From Torpedo marmorata (Eukaryota): a stretch of DNA of 64,000 nucleotides. Where the stretch lies: the NCBI GenBank assembly GCA_977017645.1, contig OZ360243.1:18042001-18106000 (forward strand), given 5' to 3'. The notes below the pieces were generated by a model. It had not been told where the DNA came from and did no database searches. It saw nothing but the letters and a program-made list of their open reading frames with translations. Of the stretch, positions 1 to 11,974 are shown in pieces (positions within the stretch are counted from its first letter, which is position 1; each line of letters begins with the position of its first letter). The position numbers and the translations under genes are program-made.

Positions 1-720
1 GGGATGGTGAAGTTGAGACGGTTGATGTCTCGGCGGCAGTTGGAAATAAAAAGGTCCAGAGCGGGCAGCTGGCCAGGGCGATGTGTCCAGGAATAGGAAG
101 AAGGCTTGAAGCGGGAGAAAGGGTCTTGGGTGGGGGGTGGAGAATCACGGTCATGGAAGTGAGCACGGAGGCGGAGGCGACGGAAGAAGAGTTCGGCATC
201 ATGGCGTGCGCGGAACTCGTTGAGGTGTTGGCGGAGGGGGATGAAGGTGAGGCCTCTACTGAGGACGGAGCGCTCCGTCTCAGAGAGGGGAAGGTCGGAG
301 GGGATAGTAAAAGCCAAGCAGGGGTTAGAGTGGGGATCGGTGTTGTGGAGGGTGTTGAGGGGAGGGGGAGGGTTGGGGAGGTCAGAGGGGGGAGGTGGAG
401 GGTGGGAGAGGTTGGAGGGAGGGGGGGGTCGGAGGGGGGAGGTGGGGGGTAGGGGACGTAGGAGGGTGGGAGAGGGGGGTAGGCAGGGTAGCCAGAGAGA
501 GGGGGGGATGGAGGGAAGGGATGTATGAGGGTTGGGGTGGAGAGTGGGGCAGAGAGGGGGAGATGGGGGTGGAGTAGGGAGAGGGAAGGAGTAGTGAGGG
601 GGATAGGTAAGTGGGATCTTGTTGCAAGATGAGGACTCCAGTGGCAGTCAGCGTGGGAGGCTCCAGCAGGTAACAGTCTGTGTCGGGAGTCGGCGGTGGA
701 GGCATCGGGAACTCTGGTGA
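1..720 (-). mobile_element. Penelope-like retroelement (PLE) fragment, N-terminal part of RT ORF plus pyrimidine-rich upstream region; runs off window start
   Basis: Reverse translation of 1-310 gives ...PLSETERSVLSRGLTFIPLRQHLNEFRARHDAELFFRRLRLRAHF...PALDLFISNCRRDINRLNF, resembling the L-S-x-G-L-x-F-x-P / FxRRLRL N-terminus of PLE RT proteins. Confidence 0.75.
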
Positions 721-735
721 GTAGAGGCTCGGTAT

Positions 736-866
736 TTTTTTCTGAGGGTTGGGGAGGAGAGTGGGGCTTTTTTCTGAGCGTTGGGGAGGAGAGTGGGGCT
801 TTTTTCTGAGGTTTGGGGAGGAGAGTGGGGCTTTTTTTCTGAGGGTTGGGGAGGAGAGTGGGGCTT
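736..866. repeat. Minisatellite, ~4 copies of ~32-nt unit TTTTTCTGAGGGTTGGGGAGGAGAGTGGGGC
   Basis: Direct tandem repeats visible between the PLE fragment and the Rex1 3' end. Confidence 0.9.
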
Positions 867-3810
867 TAAGACAGTGTCTTATTCAAGAATCTGATGGCAG
901 CGGAGAAGAAGCAGTCCTTGTGCAGCTGAGTGTTCGTTTTCAAGCTCCTGTACCTTTTCCCCGATGGTAGCAGAGTGAAGAAGGCATGGCCTGGGTGGTG
1001 GTGGTCCTTGAGGATAGAGGTTGCTCTTTTCAGACACCTGTGGATGTCCTTGATGGAGTGAAGTCTGGTGGCTGTGATGTCGCAGGCCGAGTTAACAACC
1101 CTCTGGAGTTTTTTCTGGTCTTGAGCGTTGGTACCTCCATACCAGACAGTGATGCAACCAGACAGAATGCTCTCCACGGTACACCTGTAGAAGTTTACGA
1201 GAGTCTTCGGTGACATACCGAATCTCCTCAAACACCTCAAAGTATAGCTGCTGGCGAGCCTTCTTCGTGATTACATCGACCTGGAGGCTCCAGGACAGAC
1301 CCTCGGAGATGTTGACACCCAGGAATTTGAGGTTCTTGACCCTCTCCACTACTGAGCCCTCAATGAGGACTAGGTCGTGTTCCCCTGACTTCCTCCTGAA
1401 GTCCACAATCATCTCCTTGGTTTTGCTAACGTTGAGCGCAAGGTTGTTGGCGTGACACCACTCAACGAGCTGATCTATCTCCCTCCTGTACACTTCCTCA
1501 TTGCCATTTGTGATTCTGCCAACAACTGTGGTGTCATCGGCAAATTTGTAGAGAGCATTGGAATTGTGCCTGGCCACACAGTCTTGGGTGTATAATGAGT
1601 AGAGCAGTGGGCTAAGCACGTATCCTTGGGGTGCGCCTGTGTTGATAATTAGTGAGGAGGAGACGTTGTTTCAAATTCGTACTGACTGTGGTCTTCTGAT
1701 GAGGAAGTCAAGGATCCAGTTGCAGAGTGGGGTGCAGAGGCCTTGAGTTTGTAGCTTCTTGTCTAGTACTGAGGGAATAATGGTATTGAAGGCCGAGCTG
1801 TAGTCGATGAAGAGCAGCCGAATGTATGAGTTGCTGTTTTTGAGGTGATCCAGAGCTGAGTGGAGAGCCAGCTATATTGCGTCTGCTGTGGAGCGATTGT
1901 GACGATAGGCGAATTGCAGTGGGTCCAGACCTTTGCCTAGATATGTGTTAATTCTGGCCATGACCAGCCTCAAAGCATTTCATCACAGTTGGTGTTAGTG
2001 CTACTGGGCGGTAGTCGTTGAGGCAGCTCACAGCAGGTGGGAACCTCTGACTAGCAATGAGAGGTTGAAAATGTCCATGAACACTCCAGCTGGTTGGTTG
2101 GCGCAGATTTTCAGTACCATATCAGGTACGCCGTCAGGGCCTGACGCCTTGCGAGCGTTCACCCTCTTGAATGATGTTCTGACGTCGTCCTCAGAGACAG
2201 ATATCACAGGCCTCAGCCTTTTCAGGGATTCTATTAGGCACTGTTGGGTTCTCCTTCTCAAAGCGGGCATAGAAGGTGTTCAGCTCATCGGGTAATGAAG
2301 CATCACAACCATCCATGGTGTTCGCCCTCGCTTTGTAGGCTGTAATGGCCTGTACTCCCTGCCATAGCTGGCATGTATCTGTTTCTGTCTCTAGCTTCCT
2401 CCGGAATTGCCACTTTGCTTCAGAGATGGCCTTCCGCAGGTCGTACCTGGACTTCTTGTAGAGATCTAGATACTTGGCCTTAAACGCCCTTGATCTCACC
2501 CTCAGCAGGTTGCGAATCCTCTGATTCATCCAAGGCTTCTGGTTGGGGAATACCCGGTATGTGTGTGTGGGCACACACTTGTCCACGCAGGTCTTGATGA
2601 AGTTGGTGACACCTGTTGCATATTCATTCAAGTCTATGGATGAGTTCTTGAATATGGTCCAGTCCACCGATTCAAAGCGGTCCTGCAGACGCTCCTCCGC
2701 CTCCCTCGACCATACTTTCGCCGTCTTCACTACTGGTGCTGTGGTCCTCAGTCTCTGCTTGTACGCCGGGAGTAGAAGTACAGCCAGGTGATCAGACTTG
2801 CCGAAGTGCGGTCGTATGGCTAGGTAGGCATTCTTCATGGTGGTGTAGCAGTGGTCGAGTGTGTTTGCTCCCCTGGTCTCGCATGTGATGTGTTGGTGGT
2901 AGTTTGTCAGAGACTTCTTCAGGTTGGCCTGATTTAAGTCCCCTACAATGATCGGGAAGGCATCAGGATATGCCGTCTCATGGTTGTTAATTACAGTACT
3001 CAGTCCCAGCCTGATGTTAGCCTGGGGTGGAATGTACACTGCGACCAGGTTGATGGCGGTGAACTCCCTCGGCAGGTAGGATGGGTGGCACTTGATCGCC
3101 AGATGTTCCAGGTCAGAGGAGCAGGACTGGGACATAACCGTCACGTTTGTGCACCATGATGAATTAATGATGACACTAATGCTGCCTCCCCTGGTCTTTC
3201 CTGACGCCGCTGTCCGGTCAGCGCGGTGGAGGGTGTAGCCCACGGGCTGTAGTGCCGTGTCCGGAATGTCCGCATTTAACCATGTTTCTGTAAAGCACAT
3301 CACACAGCACTCTCTGATGTTGAAGTCTGGCTTGGAGTTCATCGAGTTTGTTCTCCAAGGATTGTACGTTGGCCAGGAGGATGGCAGGGAGCGGAAGCCC
3401 CAGGGCCCGGCATCTCAGCTTAACCTGTAGCCCCCATCTGCATCCACGTGGTCCTGTCTTCTTTAAATGGCCCGTGGGTCCGCTGCTAGTAATTCCCACG
3501 GTGTTTAAATGGTTTGTGCGATGTCCCTTTAAATCTCCCGCGATTTTTAAATGGCCCGATCGCTGACTGTGTAAAACTCCCGCGGTGTTGAACTTGTCTG
3601 AGCGCCGGCTGTTTAAAGGTCCCGCGGTCCGACAGTGACTGCCAATTCTTTTAATTCCGAGGTCTGCTTGCGATCTTAGGATATCCTTATTCACGGGTAA
3701 GTTTGATTTTATGGTTCTGGGGTTGAATTTTAATAGTTCTGAACGGGAATATTTGATAATTCCCATCAGAGCTGCACACAGAGTCGCCACTGAAAGGCGC
3801 CATCTTGTAA
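866..3810 (-). mobile_element. Near full-length, degenerate Rex1/Babar-clade LINE (APE endonuclease + RT)
   Basis: ORF pieces: APE (LANVQSLENK, CFTETWL, IIVGDLNQ, TLDHCY, SDHLAV); RT (GPDGVP, LSPLLYSLYT, YKFADDTTVVGRI, KFLGV); C-term HHPGHAFFTLLPSGKRYRS; 5' end carries CAAGATGGCGCC (3796-3807, minus); several frameshifts. Confidence 0.9.
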
Positions 3811-4026
3811 ACGTAAACGTGCAGAATATGAATCATCCACAACCACCCTCTGTCTTCTCTGGGGAAACATATTTCATGTGAATTAACTGCAGTTAATTAT
3901 AAACTGACAGATTTGAATATGTAAAAGGTAACCTAGTTTTTGATTGTATTGTGCAAGCAGAATTTAAAAAAAAAAATCTTCCTAGTTGCATTTAAGCAAG
4001 ATTCTCACTTTGCTGCTTATAATATA

Positions 4027-4310
4027 AGAACATAAGAAATAGGAGCAGGCCATCCGGCCCGTCAAGCCTGCTTCGCCAAATCATGGCTGATCTGATGACA
4101 GGCTCATCTCCACCTACCTGCCTTTTCACCCATATCCCTTAATTCCCCTTTATGTAAAAATCTATCCAATCTTGTCTTCAATATATTTTCTGAGGTAGCC
4201 TCCACTGCTTCAATGGACAGCGAATTCCACAGATTCGTGAAAAGCAGTTCCTCCTCATCTCTGTCCAAAATCTACTACCCTGAATCTTACGGCTATGTCC
4301 CCTAGTTCCA
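4027..4310 (-). mobile_element. CR1 LINE 3'-end fragment
   Basis: Similar to the 3' end of the CR1 copy at 4775 (..ATAGGAGCAGGCCATCCGGCCCGTCAAGCCTGC.., TCATGGCTGATC, TTCCACAGATTC). Confidence 0.7.
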
Positions 4311-4774
4311 GTGCAAATTGTATGCAAATATTCTGGATGAATTTAAGCTTTGAAATTTTAATTTTGCCTCCTGAAAATTCACTATCAGCTTTCTGGGCTG
4401 AATCTTTGAGGCAGCATCATGAAAGTTTCAGTAGTTCAGTTTAAAATTGTACAAGTAAATGTTCTTTGAAGTAACACATAGACTTTTGGTGAAGATGGGA
4501 GCAAATATCCAGCCAGTGGAGTGCCTTGGTCGTGCTTTGCTTGTAGCAGCTGTTTGAATAAGGTTGTGTGAAACAGCAATGGCAATACCCGGGATGAAGA
4601 GTTGGTTGATGTCGCTTGCCGTTGGGGTGACTCTCTTAAAGTGTCTCCTTATCCCTGCTAGTAAGAGGCTTTATCTGTAAACTTGGGGGAAGGGAGGGGG
4701 GTTAATTATCTATAATATTATTGTTTGTCTTTCGGGCGGCTCTATGGAGGGGGAGGAACCTGCAGATGCAGAGA

Positions 4775-6160
4775 TAATAGACAATAGGAGCTGGAGTAGG
4801 CCCTTCGGCCCGTCGAGCCAGCACCGCCATTTTACAGATCATGGCTGATCACTACTATCAGTACCCCTTACCAGCCTTATCCCCATAACCCTTAACTCCT
4901 CTGCCCACTAGAGTCTTATCTAACTCTCTTTTGAACATAATCAGCGAATCTGCCTCTACCACCCTCTGTGGCAGAGCATTCCACAGATTCACACTTCTCT
5001 GGGTAAAAAATTTTTTCCTCATCTCCGTCCTAAAGGGCCTTCCCTGTATTCTTAAACTATGCCTTCTAGTCCTCGTCTCTCCCATCATTGGGAACAAGTA
5101 ATCTGACTTCACCCTGTCTATCCCCTTGATAATTTTGTATACCTCAATCATGTCCCCCCTCATCCTTCTAAACTCCATCGGATACAAGTCCAGTTTTTCT
5201 AACCTTTCAGCATAAGTCAACCCTGCCATCCCTGGAACTAACCTTGTAAATCTGCGCTGCACACCCTCTAGCTAGTATGTCCTTCCTCAAATTTGGAGAC
5301 CAGAACTGGACGCAATACTCCAGGTGGGGTCTCACCAGGGCCCTGTACAACTGCAGAAGGGCGTCTCTGCTCCTATACTCCAATCCCCTCTTTATGAAAG
5401 CCAACATGCCATTTGCCTTCTTCACAGCTTTCTGAACCTGCATGTTAGCCTTCAGTGACCGGTGAACAAGTACACCCAGATCCATTTGCACTTCCCCACT
5501 CCCTAGCTTGTCTCCATTTAAATAATACTCAGCTTTCCTATTTCTGCCCCCAAAATGGATAACCTCACATTTGCTCACATTGAACTTCATCTTCCATTCT
5601 TCAGCCCACTCCCCCAACCTGTCCAAGTCCCTCTGCATTTTCCTGACATCCTCTTCACACTTTACACCGCCACCCAGTTTAGTGTCATCTGCAAATTTGC
5701 TCATGTTATTAATAATCCCATCATCCAAATCATTTACATAAATGACAAACAACTGAGGACCCAACACCGATCCCTGCGGCACTCCACTCGTCACATCCTG
5801 CCATCCTGAAAAAGACCCGCTTACCCCAACCCTTTGTTTCCTATTTCTTAACCAACTTCCTATCCATGTCAGCACCTTACCTTCAATACCATGCTCCCTG
5901 ATCTTGCCCACTAGTCTCCCGTGCGGTACCTTATCAAAGGCCTTCTGGAAGTCCAAATACACCACATCCACTGGCTCTCCCAAGTCCACCCTTTTTGTCA
6001 CATCTTCGAAAAATTCCAGAAGGTTAGTCAAGCATGACTTACCCTTAAGGAATCCATGCTGACTAGCCCTTATACTATTATTTCTGCCTAAGTGTTCCGC
6101 TATTACTCCTTTTATGATAGATTCCAATATCTTCCCCACCACTGACGTCAGGCTGACCGG
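4775..6160 (-). mobile_element. 5'-truncated CR1 LINE, RT C-terminal half and 3' UTR
   Basis: ORFs 5207-6142 and 4858-5262: SQHGF, YLDFQKAFDKVPH, SGVPQGSVLGP, KFADDTKLGG, RPHLEYCVQFWSP, RRMRGDMIEVYKI; one frameshift near 5265. Confidence 0.95.
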
Positions 6161-7689
6161 TTAAATGTTTTCAATGAATGTGACTGAAAATGAAGTAAAA
6201 TGCTTTAAGGTTTATATTTTCATGCAAGTGAAGTTTGTTCAGTGTAAGTACAGTAGAGTATTTTTGTCTTTTAAACTGTTTATTCTTAATGCAGGTGTAT
6301 TAGTTAGGCATTGTAAGAGTAAGTCTCAGGCAACCAGAAAATACACTTATCTGGTTACCACCCATCCCCATAGGTGCCGGATACCAGGGGTTTTACTGTA
6401 CTTGGTTTCTTCGGGAGTAACTGCAATACCTCATCCTGTATTTCTTGTTCAAAGTGAGTAATACGTTTGTCTCAAAGGCTCGTAGGTGAAGGCTAATTTT
6501 ATGTTTTGTCAATTGTGTTGAATCCAGCTGAATATAATATTGATCAGATACCAAGCAAATACTCTTGCTTCAGTTATGTATACAGAAATTTGCCCTGACA
6601 GAATTCACAAATCACTATCCAAAAATGTGAGATACGGAATAAAGTTTGCTCTAACCAGATTTGTGTTAGGGGAAGGCTCTAAGCAAATTTGTGTTTCTAG
6701 ATGTTTGAGGAATAGGTAGGAAATAATTGATACTAACATCAGATCAGTCAGTCTTATTCAAATGCAGACAGTTCCTTGAGCCTGCTGTGTTATTCCTCAT
6801 TCCTGTCTGCTATGCATGTGAAAATTGACAATGAAAATTTTTGGGTTGGTGAATGAATATTCAGTGATGCAGTTATCTGTCCTGTGCATTAATCGCCATA
6901 ATTTTAAACTGTGACATTTAAAATGAACAATTTGAATTCCATGAATGCACTTTGTAAGTACATGAGTGATAGGAATAGGAAATGTTTGATACCATAAAGC
7001 AGTGCATATGGCACAAAAATTTGACAGTGCTAAGCTGGTAACATTTCCAGAAGAGCCCACTCATCTTTCTCCTTACCCAATCAATAAATCCTGCTTTCCT
7101 TCCTGCCTTCATAAAGTTAAAGATGTTAAGGTGGACAAAAAGTATACAATAGAGCTGAAAGTGCAGCCAAGACCTGCATTAGAGTGACAAAAACCAAGGA
7201 AGATTCTCCTAAATTCTTTGCAGGGCTCATTTAATACATCTAAAGGGTACTGCTCTTAAATTTTCCTTTCTTCTAACAGATACCTTCTGAATTATTTTTC
7301 CTTTCTTGCTTTTCCAACAACCCACTTATTCTTTGCAATTTCCCTAGATTCTGAGACTGAAGAAATATACCTTTGAATGTGAAATTTTCAAATCCGTGCA
7401 ATTTCATGAATGGTGCTAGCGGTATAGTGTCTTCTGAGGGGGGGGGCGGGTGGGGGCACATATGTACTCAACCCCTACCATCCTGAGTGCTTGAATCCAA
7501 GCAGGGCACAATTGTATTTATAATTATTTAAATGCACCACTAAGTACCTTTTCAAAAGCCATGTGTGTGTGGGAGGTGGGGAGAATGGAGACAAAATGTA
7601 AATATCTTGAGCTAGGTGACTTGATTTGCAAATCTAGGCGTGACTATATTGTGAGTTAACTGTGCCAGGAACATCTTTCTTCATTGGAG

Positions 7690-8050
7690 GAATGGTAGCA
7701 TCGTGGTTAAGATATTTGACTGCTCCCCATATGTTGGACCATTCATTTGGAGATGATGTTTGAATCTTACTGTGGCATTTGGGGAATTTAAAGTTAATGT
7801 ATTCAAAAGCTGGAATGGGAAGCTAATATTTAATGGTGATGTATGAAACTGTGTTGTCATAGATTTATTGACCTTCAGTAATGGAAGTATGCTGATCTCC
7901 TTGGTTTGGACAATATTCACAGAACTGTGGCAAATACTGAGCTGCTCCTTGAAATGCCCACTCATGTTGGAGATTGTTTGGGGTAGGTGTTAAATATTAG
8001 CTTAGTTTAGTGGAGAAATAATCCCACCACCGCTGATATCGGGCATTCAT
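7690..8050 (+). mobile_element. Old degenerate SINE, possibly DeuSINE/SacSINE1-like
   Basis: tRNA-like head (GGTAGCATCGTGGTTAAG ... TTTGAATCTTAC) followed by sequence resembling the 58410-58670 repeat; recognised by eye only. Confidence 0.35.
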
Positions 8051-9200
8051 TTTTCACTCGAATACATGTCTTGGATGCACTATCAGATCTACTGTCTCCT
8101 ATCTTATCAGATAATTCCCTTTTATGGAGGAAAAAGGTCTGGTTGTTCAATGATGGGTATATCTTATTTCTTTTATCTTTCCAGCTGATCCTTTTGTGCA
8201 CCTTCTCCAGCGCTTCTATTCTTTCTACAATGCAACCAAGGTTCTATGCATATTCGGCATAATTGATGTTTCAATTGCCTTAGATGCAAATCATATTTCT
8301 AATTACCTTGTATCATTGTAACTTGGCTGTTCTTAATTAAATTGGATTTCCTTGTTTTTTCCTTGTACAGTATCTGCCTGTTGATTTTAATATTTTAGAG
8401 CAGTGCTTAAATTTTTTTTGTTAGAGATTTCTGCAGCTTGCATCGCTTCCTAATTGACTGGTCTGTATTTCTTGTGTGGTGCTTTGACCTATTAAAACTC
8501 CACAGAAATTGAGAGTTAGTGAAAAACTTCAAATTTAACTTTAAATTTGACTTTTAAGTTTTACAACCGCAAATCTTAAAAGAATTTGGCTACGTGTTTT
8601 TATTCACTTTCTGGGCAAAGGTTGATTGGCAGCGTGAACCATTATTGTAAAATACAATCTGCTGGAGAAACTTGAGGGTCAATCAGTATCGATTGGAGAA
8701 AAAGAATTGTCAACGTTTCAGGCCACATCAAGACTCCATGGCCAGTTGGAATGGAATGAATGTTTTTGCCAATTGAGCAGGCTCTTTTGCTCTGGTTGGT
8801 GTTGATGCTGCTCTCTTTCAGGCAAGTGGAAAATGCTTCATCACACTCCTGACCTGCCTCACAATAACATGTTTGCTGCAGTTGACCATACAGTATAGTT
8901 TTAAGAAAGAGTTCCAGCTGCAAAGATTGACAATCCTTTTTTCTCCATGGATGCTTCCTGACCTGCTGAGGCCCTCCAGCCTCTCATTATTTGCTCAAAA
9001 CTCCAACATCTGCAGTTCTAGGTTTCTCAACATTTCTGATGTAATAGTTATTTAATCCTGTGATGCAGAGTGGAAGAGGGGATAAAACAATAAATTATGT
9101 AAGGGTCATAAAAGGATTTAAAGATTAGTGATGCAGGATAGGCATATGGGAATGGAATAAATGTAGAAGTGAACTGGGGTCTGGGAAATTGTTGGAAATA

Positions 9201-9398
9201 CCGTAGATTTCGGCGTATAAGTCGACTCGCGGATAAGTCGACCCCCTTTTTCAGCCTCATTTTAATGGTTTTATTGTATATCTGGCGTATAAGTCGACCC
9301 CCAATTTTCAGGCTGTCCGGGCCTCCCAGCAACAACCCAAAATTTGTTACAACACCCCAATCGCTAAGTAACAAAGCTGTAAATTAAGCAAGTAAGTT

Positions 9399-9430
<32 letters not shown>

Positions 9431-10034
9431 CTTTGCTTCTGGCCGGGAAGATGCCAAACGGAGCTGGGTCCAAGTCTTCAGCTTCGGCTGTAGCCATAGT
9501 CGGCGACTCCATTCTCCACATCGGGTGCGGTGCTGTCCGCATCGAAGAAGTTGCCTCGCTGCCCAAGTGTGCTTGGTGCAGGAACCACGGCTACGTGTCG
9601 GCTCCCGGGCAGGTGCGGCGACCTTGTTCTCCCGGGCAGGTGCAGACTCGGACTACGTGGCAGGAGCGGGAACCTCCCCCTACCGTCCAGGAGCATCGGC
9701 CTTGACTTACCGGGCAGGAGTGGCGACCTCAGGCTCCTGGGTAAGAACGGGGACCTCGGGCTCTACAATTATAGAATGTCTGGGTGGTTTATGGCAGTGC
9801 CCGGCGGTGGGGAGGTGCTTCCAGGGTCGACCTATATGCCAAATCGGTTTTTCATGGGTCGACTTATATGCCGAATCGGGTTTTCAAGGGTCGATTTATA
9901 CGCCAAATCGGCGTGGAGTAGTTTTTGAGCTGATTTTAAGGTCTCAAAAGTATATCCAGCGTATAAGTCGACCCCCGTTTTTTTGAGAGATTTTTGAAGG
10001 TTGCAAGACTCAACTTATACGCCAAAATATATGG
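9201..10034 (+). mobile_element. Tc2/pogo-like (Tc1-mariner superfamily) non-autonomous TIR element, copy 1, carrying a DMRT-like insert
   Basis: TIR CCGTAGATTTCGGCGTATAAGTCGAC ... GACTCAACTTATACGCCAAAATATATGG, TA on both sides, repeated internal GTCGACTTATACGCC motifs; homologous to three other copies in the window. Confidence 0.9.
9451..9600 (+). pseudogene. dmrt1: Captured fragment of DMRT1 exon 1 (start codon to first half of DM domain) inside the MITE
   Basis: ATG CCA AAC = MPN start; an alternate frame gives SASKKLPR; a 1-nt shift then gives LPKCAWCRNHGYVS (DM consensus PKCARCRNHG; R>W fits a CGG>TGG CpG transition). Confidence 0.8.
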
Positions 10035-10972
10035 TACTTCTATGTCAGGCAGTATTTATGAAGGGAAGAAAAATCTTAACATACAAAATTAGTGAACTTT
10101 CATCAGTACATCAGGAAAGCTGCTTCCAAAGGTTAATTGTGATTCCTCAAATTCCATTGGAACATGATTGGAATAGAGAATGGAAAAGCATCTGGAAGTT
10201 TAAGTTTGTGCTAATGGACTTAGCAAAAGTGTTCAGCAAAACAACTTAATGTAATGGCATCCAGATGAAATGGCATTTAAACATTACTGCAACAGAATTT
10301 TTTCTCCCTTGTTTACCCCCTCCCCCACTTTCTGCAGTTATTTTGACAGTGCTGAATTTATTTTAAAAAATGAATTGGTCAGTAATTTTAAGTTTTCTGC
10401 CTTTCACATGTGTTGAGATAAGGTTTTTAATTTATCATGAGAATTGGCCAAATAAGATGAAGTACCCCCAAGTTGGAATTTTATTATCAATTGTGAAGAG
10501 GACTTGACATTTTCAATTACAGAAAAAGCAATGAGACAAATTGAATCACTTCCATAAACTATCTAAATGCAAAGCCAGAAGCATGAAATAAATAAAAACT
10601 GAACATGCAGGAAATGTGTAGCATGCAAGCAGTATCGATTGAAAGAGAAACTTAGCTTTGGGTCAGGGAGCATTCAAAACAGTAAAAGTTAAATTTCCAG
10701 GGACTAATTGTACTTTTTAGAAGTTTAATTCATGGAGCTTGCATAACAACCTGTTTATATGGACCAGTTTATATGCCCCCACCCCAAACACCAGTACCTC
10801 CCCTAGATATTCTGAAGAAGTGGTAGTCTGCTTCAAATGGCAACCCTACAGTGAATCACTTTCAGAAAGGGGAGTAACATCGATCTCTGAATCTGATCAA
10901 ATAGCCTCTCCACTTGGTACTTGAATATTGACTCCACCCCACTCATTTGCAATTTCAAGAACGTTTGTCACT

Positions 10973-11723
10973 AGGCCTTTTCACACCGCCGAGTGCATGT
11001 GGGCAGACCGTCCGATTTCCTGGGAACTTACCTGTAAAATATCCAGTCTGGAAAAGGCCCAACCTGGCATGGCAGGTCAAAATCGACCGGGCTCCGAGAC
11101 CTACTCGGGGGTACTCTCGGAGCCCGGCCGAGTTAACCCGGCAGCCGTCCTCTGGCAGTCTGAAAAAGCAAATGGCTTACCCAGTAATATTATTGATGTC
11201 AGCACCTGCGTGCTTGCGTCACATAAAACCCATAAAAATAGAAATAAGAGATACAACAATATAAATGTTACTTTAATGATGGCAAAGGGACCTAAGCCAC
11301 AATATTAAAAGTATTTTAAAATTGAAAAACTTATAGCTTACGAGATCAAAAAACAACGGGCCCGCTCAGGGCAGTGGCGGCTCAATGCGGGATCAATGGC
11401 CGTCTTTGTTACCCATAATCCCCCACCCAGCTGGAACCGCTCTGCGTTTCCCTGGCGCTGGCAAAGTGGTTCCACCTGCGTGGGGGATTATGGATAACGA
11501 AGACGGCCATTGATCTCGCATTGAGCCGCCGCCCTGAGCGGGCCCGTTGTTTTTTGAAACATTTCCTGTGAGTGCGTAACGCGTCACTCGCATCATCATC
11601 GTTGGAGGCGGGACCGCCCTTAAAACGCCTGGTAGGTTAGGCTGCAGTCTGAAAGAACCCGGAGGTCCAGGCTTCCCTGGAACTTTTCCTGGGACACAAG
11701 ACGTCGGTGGTGTGAAAAGGCCT
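10973..11723. mobile_element. Non-autonomous TIR element (Harbinger-like termini) with large internal hairpin
   Basis: Terminal inverted repeats AGGCCTTTTCACACC(G/A)CCGA ... TCGGTGGTGTGAAAAGGCCT; TSD ambiguous (TA, or ACT/AAT). Confidence 0.75.
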
Positions 11724-11974
11724 AATGATTCATAAGCTTGATTTCCATACTCCAGATGCCGTGGAGTGGAACTCATTTTCTAATAGCTTATGACTGATTT
11801 GCCATTAGTGGCATTGGGGCAAGTTTTCCAGAAATCAGTGTTGGCTCTTCAGCTTGGCTCAATGCAGGCATATTGAGAGAGGTATTCCAGAGAAGGGGGA
11901 AATATAGTATTATATTTTGAATTATAGATGTGATTACCTTGCACTCTATTAAAAATACTGCTTTCTCTTCAAAG

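Noticed and set aside
81-705. Gly/Glu-rich and Pro-rich ORFs at the window start
   Set aside because: Low-complexity purine-rich antisense strand of the Penelope-like fragment, not host genes.
9451-9705. Functional intact DMRT gene
   Set aside because: Only half of the DM domain is present, with an R>W change, frameshifts around KKLPR and no downstream exons; treated as a captured pseudogenic fragment.
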